Shown here one piece after another: positions 1 through 10,600 of a DNA stretch of 24,219 nucleotides. Position 1 is the first letter of the stretch; each line of letters opens with the position of its first letter. The DNA is from Vitrella brassicaformis CCMP3155. Lineage: Eukaryota; Protista; Chromerida. Below the pieces are notes generated by a model. The model was not told where the DNA came from and did no database searches. It saw nothing but the letters and a program-made list of their open reading frames with translations. The stretch lies in the NCBI GenBank assembly GCA_001179505.1, contig CDMY01000751.1, positions 1 to 24,219 of the forward strand, read 5' to 3'. The position numbers and the translations under genes are program-made.

Positions 1-835
1 TAGGCCATCCACAGTGTTTTTCTAATTATTGCGTGAGCATCAGTGATCCATCAGTCGGTTGCGGCCGCTTCTGTGTGCACCTTGCACGTGGCATACAATT
101 GATTTGTTGTTGGCCTCGCCATGTCGGTCGGTTCCCTCCCGGCTGGATGTGTGTGTGACGTGCGAGAGGGGGGAGGGAGCCGATTGATGAGGTGAAGCTC
201 GAAGCTCTTAGATGTGTGCCCAGGACAGAGCGGGTGGGACAGCCCTCGTATACACGATGCTATCTTCCGCACTCGCTCACTTACTCACTCATTCCCGAAG
301 GGACTCATGGCTGTCTGTCTGTCTGTCTGTCTGTATGCTCGTAGGCCCGACTGGCCCACAACACGGCCGCCAGTCGTCGAAGTGTATGGGTGGGGGGGAA
401 GGGGGCGGTGGTAGGTAGGCCATCACCGGTGTTTATCTAAGTATTGCATGGATTGAGTGAGTGAGTGAGGTCAGTTGCGGCCGCTTCTATGTCCACCAAA
501 AGCGTGCATGGCAAGGTCAGTGGTAAATCAATCCAGCCTGTGCGGCTCTCGTGCCGTCCGTCGCACAGCGATTGGAGCAATCGGGTATGTTGCTGTGTGT
601 GTGTGTGTGTGTGTGTCTGTGCGCCTCCGATGAGCTCGTCGTGTTTGGTCGGTTTCCAGAAAGATGTGCGTGACGTGCGAGAGGGGTGAGGGAGTTGATG
701 GGGTGTGCCGTGCGCCCAGGACAGAGCGGGTGGGACCGCCCTCAAATACGGAACTCTATCTTCCGCACTCACTCACTCGCTCACTAACTCACTCATTCCC
801 GAAGGGACTGATGTCTGTCTGTCTGTCTCTCTGGC
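1..835. repeat. Diverged tandem duplication, unit A ~1-345 and unit B ~416-835
   Basis: Collinear shared blocks: GTTGCGGCCGCTTCT, GTGACGTGCGAGAGGGG, GCCCAGGACAGAGCGGGTGGGAC, TATCTTCCGCACTC, ACTCACTCATTCCCGAAGGGACT followed by (GTCT)n. GGCTCTCGTGCCGTC of unit B recurs at ~1508. Confidence 0.85.
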
Positions 836-2185
836 CGTAGTGCAGGGGGGCGATGGGGGCGAAAAGGCGGAACGATTTGAATGGGATCGATCGGTCAGAT
901 CTATGGGATGGTGGGGTGTCAGTTGCCTGTGCCTGCCTGGCTGGTGAATGGAGTGGCGTTTTTCCCTCGAACAGCTCACCATATGGACTGGCTAGCATTA
1001 CTGCGTGCATATTTGTCGTAACGGCTGGTGCGAAAGGGGTTGTCTGGTGGGTGGTGACATGTAGGTGGCTTGTATCGCTTGTCTGCTGCGCCCGTTCGTC
1101 TGTCCGTGAAGTGCTGCCTATCTCTCTGCCTGTCTGTCTGCCTGTCGGTCTCTCTCTCTGTCTGTCTGTCTGTTTGTTTTTCTTCCCTGCGTGTGGTGCA
1201 CATGTGGGGTTGACGGGTGGGGTGCGGGTGGGTGGCTTGTGTCTTAAGAGGCTTATCTTGGGCAACCAACCATTTTGCTACATGTACGTGTGTGATGCCT
1301 TCATCGACTCTACTGGACTACCGGTGCCGATCACTCACTCACTCACTCACCCACTCACTCGGCCGACCGGCCGGCCGGGCCAGCCATTGGGACGGACACC
1401 ACAAACCGTCAGTCCGTTTTCTATATATACTTGAGGTTTTCGACACACACATGCCGACAAATCCATAGATGCAGTCAGTGCAGTAATTCATATGTGCAGT
1501 CCTTCTGGCTCTCGTGCCGTCGCGTCGCGGCAGCGTCGCGGCACACGGCTCGACCAGACGGATGATGACATTGTTGTGATGCTGACATTGTTGTGGTCTT
1601 CTTGGTTGGCGCCGACGTGAGGGCGAGCAATCTGCACGTGGGTGGGTGGGTGGGTGTGGGTGGTTGGGTCATGTGGGTGCCTCTCATGGGCTATTTACTT
1701 ATCCATCTCACTTACGTACGGTGAGCTGATTGATGTGTGGTGTGGGTGGCATAGAGCAAAGAGCAACAGCGCAGAGATTCAGTGGGACCATCGCGTCGAC
1801 ATCATCTCACTGACGACAGCAGTCCAGTGCGTGGGTGGTGTCACTGGTGTGGTGAGGTGTGGTGTGGTGTGTGCGCGTCTCACGAGCTTCTGACACTTCT
1901 GACGGGATATATGAAGGGGTCAGTCAGCACGACAAGACATTGCCGGCGAGTGGACGTGTGCACCGAGTTCTGACACTATCGCTTGCTGTCTGTGCTGCTG
2001 ATCTGCGAGAGCAATGCAGCGTCTGTGTGCTGCCTGCATGGGACCATCACACACACTTTGAAACATGATGTCACTCGGTCGACGACCGCCATGGGTCTCC
2101 TCATCAACTTAGAGGAAGTGACGCCTGAGCTTCTCGTATCATAGTGTCCACGCGCAGGATCTGTGATGTCGGGGTGTGGACAGAC

Positions 2186-3213
2186 TCAAGATGCAACCAC
2201 GATTGTTCCCGCACAGGAGCTCTTTCTGCCACTCGTCTGCGCTATATTGTATGCCGTGACGTTCACTCAATCGTTCATTCATTACATTGGAGACCATTAG
2301 TCATTCCTTACTCATTCCCGCCCTTTAGGTCAAACTCATTACTCATGTCCCTGTGTGTCTCCCATGCGTCCCTCCCCTCCCTGCACCGTGGGTCCGCCCG
2401 ACACGGCCAGCTTGCCCGAAAAGGGAGTGTGGTCCGCTTCCACCAACCTCGTATGCGATATCCTGACAAGGTTGTGGAAGCACCGTGGTTGTTGGCTGCT
2501 ATGCGCGCGCGCACCTCATTGAAAGGGTTTCTTGCCGCCTTTTCCTTCTCCTGTATCTTCATCTGTCGCCGCATGAGCCGGTCGCGCCCGCTGATCATCA
2601 TATCGTCCTCGGCAAATATTATTGTGTGCTGCGTGATGCAATGAACGCAGAGAATACAACGCATAAACATGTCCTTGTGGCTCTAGTGCTGCGATGACTG
2701 CACGGGGCGGCCTGCGGTCTTGTCGGGCTCCCAGAGAGCGTACGCCCCCAACAACACCCTACACAGACACACAGGGGAGACACACACGACGCTCCGCTCG
2801 CAGTGCTGCTGGGGCGACGGCGGCGCTCCGACGACAACGAACGCTCAAACGCTTCCTGCTTGACGCTGCATGACAAGGCCGACAGACAGAGATACATACA
2901 CACATACATAGAAGAGGGGTGTGAGTCTTGGCTTACAGAACGGTGAAGCGGTCCTGTCTGGGGCGCGAGACATTTTCCCCACTCCCCCCTCCCCCCTCTG
3001 CTTACCAACACCGACTACGCCCTCCTGACCCTCCTCACCACCCGGGTCTGGCGGTGGCACTGCTGGCCTCGCTCTCTCTGGCGGCGGGGCGGTTTGTGTG
3101 GGGGTGGGTGCTGCTGTTCCCGTTGTGTGTGGGGCGGCTGGGTGGGCTGGGTGGGCTTCTGTGCCCTGCGTGGCGCCTTGGGTGTTGGTGTTGCTATCAT
3201 TGTCTGCATCCAT
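2186..3213 (-). CDS. Probable spliced gene of unknown function with a Pro/Thr/Ala-rich N-terminus; 3' end uncertain
   Basis: MDADNDSNTNTQGATQG...GQEGVVGV ends at a strong GTAAGC donor (~3006). Downstream phase-0 exons HTIIFAEDDMMISGRDRLMRRQMKIQEKEKAARNPFNE and DIAYEVGGSGPHSLFGQAGRVGRTH are bounded by AG/GT. The middle and final exons are ambiguous and no domain was recognised. Confidence 0.45.
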
Positions 3214-3435
3214 CAATCAGGCCACACACACCATATCAACACAACACAATGATATGTGGCCCATGACAAACTGAGACAGCAAGTAGTGTGTGGCAGACAG
3301 GTACATCTATGGCGGATGGATGCTCTTGCAGACGCACGCACCAGCGTATTCGTTCATCGATGGACGTGCTGACTTACACCTAAAGAGTGTCGGTCGACGT
3401 ACGCAAAGAGGACCTCGGATCGATAGGCAGACCTC

Positions 3436-3521
3436 TCGTCCGATCAAATCCACAGACCCAACCGACACACACACGCGCGCACACACACACACAAACCCGA
3501 ACTGCACACCACTTTTTCCTC
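3436..3521. repeat. Direct repeat copy 1 (partner at 4280-4354)
   Basis: TCAAATCCACAGACCCAACCGACAC-(CA-rich)-CCGAACTGCACACCACTTTTTCCT. Confidence 0.85.
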
Positions 3522-3523
3522 AC

Positions 3524-4250
3524 TGAGGTCGAACGGTCACTGCTCCTGCGCCGTCTCCACTTAAATGCACCACGCACTTTGTCAAATGCGCTTGCTGCAG
3601 TCATGAACCGAGGCAAAATGACCACAAAGCACCTCCTTCCAGACTGTGTGTCCTCACCAATGAGTGGCACAACGGTCAGCCAGACGAGCGGGAGCCCCAG
3701 CCACAAAGCATGTCGATAGAGCACGCATCTCTCGCCCACATGTGGCCTCAGCACACGCTCCCACATGTGGTAGCTTTGCAAGACCCCTCCATCCCACGCG
3801 AAAAACGACCCGATCAGCGACGATATCCGGTCGTTCCCGAGGGACTCGTCGAACACGACAAAGGCCAGACCACCCACCTGCACACACACCGTCACAGCAA
3901 AGAGGTTGTGAAAGGTGAGCGCATGTGCCTGCCCATGCCTTCACGTACGGCTGTGATGTGGTAGAGCCCAATTTTGATTAATTGCGACGGCACTTCAGCA
4001 CGGGGAGAGGAAGCAGCCCTGAACACACAACACAGGTACAGATGCGACTGGACGGGTTTGTGCGATAGACACACAGATGCGTGCTGACCTTTCCGCGAGT
4101 GCTGTGAGGATGAAGATGGCCATCAGAGTTGTGACAACGAAAATCACATTGACCACGATAATCTGCCACAGTGCGGCACATGGTTTGCAGGGCCATTCCC
4201 TCGTCATTTCTTGAAGACCTTCACCTCTGGCCACTTGGTGAAAAACCCTG
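3524..4250 (-). pseudogene. Truncated paralog fragment of the gene 3 membrane module (Cys-rich end plus TM1-TM3)
   Basis: Exons ~4250-4089, 4018-3949, 3877-3658, 3594-3524 translate to PCKPCAALWQIIVVNVIFVVTTLMAIFILTALAER / AASSPRAEVPSQLIKIGLYHITA / VGGLAF...FAWDGGVLQSYHMWERVL...LWLGLPLVWLTVVPLI. This aligns to gene 3 TALSQR / SSVLPRAHVHAMLIKIGLYHLTA / VSALAF...FRWNGGV...WECLL...WIALPFVWLTVATLL. No upstream ectodomain or downstream LGFLY module is present. Confidence 0.75.
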
Positions 4251-4279
4251 AATGGTCAGCGCAAACTGATTTTCGTCCA

Positions 4280-4354
4280 TCGTTCGGTCAAAACCACAGA
4301 CCCAACCGACACGACAAACACACACGCAGCCGAACTGCACACCACTTTTCCCTC
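4280..4354. repeat. Direct repeat copy 2 (partner at 3436-3521)
   Basis: TCAAAACCACAGACCCAACCGACAC-(CA-rich)-CCGAACTGCACACCACTTTTCCCT. Confidence 0.85.
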
Positions 4355-4607
4355 GGCACACATACGCTAAGGCAACACCCTACTACCCACTTAATGGAAC
4401 GCACAGCGAGGAGGGACGAAAGGGCCCTACTCGCTCACCCTAAAGGCACATCGACCAAAAATACACGAACAGACTGGCGTACTTAGCAGCTCGCGTTGCA
4501 TCCTTACAGAACGGAAGCACGTGTGCGCGGCAAAACCATACAGGACGGAGAGCCCAAGGACGTACGATGGCAAAGAAGCCACGAAAAAGATCACGCGCAT
4601 TCGCATA

Positions 4608-7600
4608 TCACGCGTCTATACAAGCATGCATACACATATCAGTCAGTCAGTCAGTCAGTTAGTCAGTCACCCGATAGGCGATATAGGCCGTCATTGGCCT
4701 TGTCCGCCTGCCGCGCTGCCCTGAAGGCGGCGTACATGTCCTTCCAGCCAGCACCAGCGTTGATCAGCCGATCCACAACAAAGGCCATGCTACCCTGCAC
4801 CACCCACAGACAGACAGACAGACAGACAGACAGAGATGCGGACCTGATACATACGTGTCCGAACAGATGGGGTACTCTTGGTGCTTGTTTGTAATATTAC
4901 CTGGAAGTCTGTGAATGGGATGCCTTCTCTGGTGACATTGTCGTCGGCGAGCGGCTCCTCCTGGATGGTTTTCATCAGGTCCACAAAGGAAGACGAGCCC
5001 CTGCGCAGTGACGACTTGCCGCCCACCTGCGCACGTACACACGTAAACGGAGGGCAGACGACCGAAGCTGTGGAAACAGAGGTGATAGATACGTGTGTGT
5101 TTGTTGCGTACCCTCAGCTCAAGGGAAGGCAGGAGGACGATCCGCTCGTTGCCCGTCGAGGGGTCACGGATGGTCCTCTTTCTGGCTTTGTGCACCTGAA
5201 AAGTCTGGTGCCAGAGGAACTCCACGAAGTCGCTGGGAATGGCCTGAATCCCCACCTGCTCGATTACCCCTTGCATCGACTCGCTCGTCAGATTCATCAC
5301 CTCAGAACACCAGCGCTTCCGCCGATCGCTCTCCACACGACCCGCCCGCATCGTGTGTGGCGTCGACTTGGACGCTACCGCCGCCAGGCCACGCCACACC
5401 TCCCGCTGCGCGTAGGCAGACCGCCCTGACATGTCCGTTGGCACGGCCGTTGGCGGCTCCCCGAGGTCTGTCGCTGTTGGCTGCTGGCTGGTCTCCATGA
5501 GGCTGGCCGGCAGCGAGTCGAGGGATGCGGGAATTTGGGGGCTCGGTGCCCGATCTGGTGGCAGACTGTCAGCTGCGGGAACGGCGTCCCCTCTCAGAGC
5601 AGAAGGTTGACACGCAGTGGGGAGATGGGGGCCCACCGGAAGTGGCTGTAGCGATCTCGGCTCGTCTGCGAAGGAGGGCGGGAACAGGCAAAGAGCATCC
5701 TCTGGCAGCCGCTGCTCGGGCTCATCGACACTCACATCGTTGTAAGCAGCGGGTGGGGCGCTGCGTGACGTCATGGGCACTGGAAGGGGCAGCGAGGAAG
5801 CAACCACCGCTCCCTCGACGACGCAGCTACGCGATCGTTTGCCTGGTCGACGTGAGCCAGATGTACCCGATGGCGTAGGTGCTGCCCTCTCCTTGCCCCC
5901 GCCATCGCTTGTGTCGATGAGGATAGTGAGCTCACTGCCGCCCGCGTCGAGCCGCACTGTCGGCCCGCGCAATCGCCTCTTGTCCTCCAGGTCTCCGAGC
6001 ATAAAGGCAACGCGACGCATTGCCGCGAAGAGGATGCCGTCTCTCTTCTTCTGTTTCGCCCCTGATTCATCTGGAAGATCCTGGAGCAGGATGGACGTCA
6101 TCAGGAAATCTATGCACACACATATACGCAAGCACGTGACTGATCGGATGCTGTCAACCGAAAGCGGTGGTTTGAGCGGCTGCTGTGTGGTTGCCTCACC
6201 AAGAGAGTGGTGTATGGTGTAATAGAGAAGAGCGATGATGTGGTAAGCGTTGAGCAGCACGATGACGCCCGCCAGCGCAAAGCCAAGCCCCCGCTGCAGC
6301 TGCTGGGGTACATTCGGATGAGCAGCTGTCGACGCGAGAAGCATCAGCGCCCACAGAGAGACGTTCCAAATCAGCAAACCTGAATTGAATCAATCGATGG
6401 ACCATAATGCCGACAAGGTGCCCGCCTACATACCTTGCGCTTCCATCCGGTTGAGGATGTTGAATGATCGGCCGTCGAATGGCCTCAGCCACAGCTGCAG
6501 GATGAGCGATACGCCGGCCACCAGCTGCCAACACACCAGCTGGATCACCTCGTCACCAAGGGACGCGCCTACTTGCGCGATGATAAGGGTGAGTATTCGT
6601 CGCAGCGCAAACACGGCGTCCCAAAAGTAGAAGGATCTCCGGTAGCCGTTGTAGAGGAAGCCGAGGTTCTTGCGCGTCTGCCGGCTGTACAGCCGACCTG
6701 ACCGCTGCTGAGAACGCAAAATAGCCAGTGCTGCGACCACTGGCCCAAAAGACCACACGCACAGCCCCACAACGGCGATGATGGTGAATATGCGGTGTCG
6801 GCCGGTGTAGCAGATGATGGACGGGTCGAGCAGGCTCCGCTCGACAGTGGGGTATGGTTCTTGGAGGAGGGTGCCCAGCTGGGCAGATGGGATGTCGGGA
6901 AAGGTGCGGCAAGGGAGAATCTCCAGCAGCTGACGCGTCACAGCTGCAAAGAAGAGAAGAAAGGATGGTATGTATGTGGGCCATCTCCTCGTCTGTCTAT
7001 CTGTATAGCTCACTTGGATGGATAAATGTGAGGCGCACAATCCACAGCTGAGGCGACACGAAGTACTGCAGCCACCTGTCCTTCCCTCTCCGCCGCCTCT
7101 CGCTGAGGCCGCCCGATTGCGACTGTTGCAGCCCAGAGCTGTCCGTGAAGGGCCATTGGGTGGTGGGCTGCTCCTGCTGACGTGGATCTCGCTCGTCCTC
7201 TGTGTCGGATTTGATGGCGCCTGGGCAGCACAGCTGCGACAGGCTAGAGGCCTTGCAGTGGAGAGTCAGAATTTGCCATAGACCCCACAGCAGAGTGGCG
7301 ACGGTCAGCCTGTGAAAGGACAGACAGCAATGAAGACGTGAATGACACCAACCAAGGAATACACATGATTCGAGCTGCGCCCCCGCCTCTGACTCACCAG
7401 ACAAACGGGAGTGCAATCCACGCGGCCCTCCTGGCCAGCATCGCGTCGGTGCCCCGCATACCGCCGTCCTTCAGAAGACACTCCCAACTGAACCAAACAC
7501 CCCCACCAACATACGAGAAGCTGCCTGCCTGTAGTCGTTTCCACAGCCTTGCTTACGTGACGTCTGCCGTCGGCACCCCACCTGCACCAACACACATGAC

Positions 7601-10600
7601 GGCATGCAAACGATGCAGCCGGTAGCCTTGCTTTCAGTGTGCTGCGCACACTTACCGTTCCATCGAAAAGCGCCCCTGAGCACTTCGATGGCCTCCGGCG
7701 GCAGCATGCGGGAAAAGTGGAGGCTTAAGAACGCCAGGGCACTAACCTGTGCGCACAGTGATAAACACACGCACAGGCGGATCTACTTGCGTCCTTGCTC
7801 GCTGTCCGACTGGGTGAGTCACTGACCGCTGTGAGATGGTATAGACCTGTGTGAGTGACACAGACAGACAGACAGACAGGAGAATCTGGCTGGCGGCTTT
7901 CCTGCCCTTTCGGTGTCTTTCCTTGCCCACCAATCTTGATTAGCATCGCGTGCACGTGGGCTCGTGGCAACACAGATGACCTACGCACACAAAACAAAAC
8001 ACACGCATGCAGCCACACAGCAGAGCAGTCAAGTCGGCCGTGTGTGTGTGGCGATCAGCGGGCGCACCTCTGCGAGAGTGCAGTGGCAACAAAGATCACG
8101 ATCAAGACGATAAAATACAGCACGATGGCGGACGTGATGTTCAATGCGTGGTTGTCACACCTCCTGCACAATCCGGAGAGCGTACCCACACTGCGCCACT
8201 TCTTGTCGCAGCTGCCGCACAGCGGCCCCGTGTGGCCCTCCTGGTCGATGAACAAAACAAGCACACAACACCAGTGCGGCTGCCTGTCGCATCCACCGGC
8301 CTTCTTGGTGTGTATGGTGCCATGTTCGTACTCTGCATTTGTTGAGCTTCGTGACGATCTGTGTGGTTTCGTCCCAGTCCGACCCCTCACACGCCTCGGG
8401 GACAGGACACCGGACCATCACCGGACGAGGGGTCACACGGGCGTCGTACCTGCAGGCACATAACACATCCGTGAGAAAGGCAGCCATGGCTACAATCCGC
8501 GCTTGCCTACGTCGATATCGGTAACGCCAGCTGTCGGTAGGTGACGTTCGTGCGAGGATCCACAAATATTGACGGCAACGTCAGCTCACCAGCCACATCT
8601 TCACTGCCGATCGCCGACAGCCGCTCAGCCAACACACTGGTCGTACGATTTTCATTCCCGGCCGTGTATTCCGACAGAGGGATGCCGCGCACAAGATAGG
8701 GGTGGCCCAGCAACAGAGGTTGGTCGCTGTCATTGGCCAGAGGGAGGACCGTGATACCCGCCTCATCGCGCCACATCTCCAGTTCCATGATGGCGCCGTG
8801 GTGATTGCAGACCTCTTTTGAGAGCGCCTCTATCGAGCTGGCCGCCAGCACTGGTACGAGTAGGGGCACCTCCATGTCCAGCTCGTACCAGCCCGGCTGC
8901 ACCAGAAACGCACGCTGAGAGTCGGTGACCTGCATGCCGTCGGTGCTGTTGGCGGCCGCATCGGTCCCGTTGCCATGTGTGTCGCAGGCGCCTGAGCGGT
9001 TCGTCTGTGGCATCGATCTGAAGCTCTCCTCTGGAAGCAGGAAGCACTCCCTTTCCACATGGTCGCTGTGAACAAAAGAAGCGAAGAATGAGAACAGAAC
9101 TGACAGCGCATTGTCATTCCTGCTTACATTGCGTATGGTGCTTCGCAATAGCAGTCTGTTCGTGATGTGCTGCCGATTGGTGATGTAACATGGACACCAG
9201 GACAGCGTTCACACCGTACGCTGTCGCTCCGAACCGTCTTGTAAGTGCCTGAACGACGACAGAAGGTGAGCATTGCATGCTACACAAGTCATCATCAGAG
9301 TTCTTCTGTCTACCTGCTGGACATGGGACGCATACGTTATCCTTGTATTCATATCCCCTATCGCAAGCTGAGCAGGCCGTACCATTATTCATTTCAACTG
9401 CACCACACAACTCATATCATATCACACAGGGAATAACAGAGGATATCAAAAATTGCTCGACTACTTACCCCGGCCAACAGGGCATGCCTGACACTTCTCA
9501 ATGCCCTGAGCATGTATCGTCACTGTGCCAGACGGGCATTTGGTGCAGTTCAGCCCTCTCCCCTCCCATCCATCCTTGCAGCGACACAATACATCAGCAT
9601 TTGCTGTTGGATCTGCCTGAATGGACAGAACATATGAGTAACAGCAAAAAGCAGCATGCAGTTTCTTCTTTCCCTCTTACATACATATACACTCCCACGG
9701 CATTTCTACATATGTTCGTGCACTCCACGGACGGATGCACCTCCCATAAAAGGTCCTCATCAGACTCGACTTCCAAAAGTGGCGTAGAATTATGCCACTC
9801 GCTATACGGTCCGTAATCTACACATACACATACACATACACATACACAAACACACAATCACCGAGCACATCGCTAACATCAAAATCCTGAAGCTCCTTTT
9901 GGATCTCTCACCATCACGATCAGCAACAAGCTGGGCTTCCAGTCCTGATTTTGAGCTTGCTTCTATGTGGGCTGAGCAAGGTTCACCGTTGTGTGGCAGT
10001 ACCTGCGAAGGAAGGAGGCACCATGTATCGGATAGAGAGTACTCTAAACATTCTACGCACCTGAAGCCTCAGATTTTTGTTGTATTCAAGAGATAGTCCA
10101 AGCTGAAGGTGACACTTACAATCCTTGTACCTGAACAAAAACCGAGCATACATCTTAACGCGCATAGGGACGTGAAAAAAGGGCATACCATCCATCGTGG
10201 ATGCCCTCAATCTCATTGAATCCCAGATAAAGGAATTGCAATGCCTCGAATCCCGTTTGCGCCCTCAGATTGATGTCGGGATACAGGTCATCGACCGTCA
10301 CAGAATAATCCAGCTTCTCTACATCAATAGGCAGATCAGAATCATCAGCGACACTCTCATCCGCCGACTCCACTGCAGGCGGCCCATCATCGTTGCCCAC
10401 GACCATGCTCATACTCGTGGCGTTCATCTGCAGCCGATAAGCCGCCATAAACGAGCCCTTGTAGCGCCTGAATGCGGGCGTGTTGAGGAGCCCAGCATTG
10501 AGAACATGCTCTAAGTCAAAAATGGTCATCGCATCTGCCGTCAAAGAGCCGTGAAGGCCGTTGACATCACCATCTAAGAGCTGCAGAGAGCTTTGCCACC

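Noticed and set aside
1-835. CRISPR-like array (conserved blocks with variable spacers)
   Set aside because: The blocks differ from one another, occur only twice, lack regular spacing, and lie in eukaryotic DNA with no cas genes.
3495-3515. tRNA A-box-like TGGTGTGCAGTTCGG in the direct repeat (tRNA-derived SINE)
   Set aside because: No B-box, cloverleaf or A-rich tail.
9540-9600. Apparent frameshift in the EGF-like exon of gene 3
   Set aside because: Base-by-base rereading gives CRCKDGWEGRGLNCTKC in frame.
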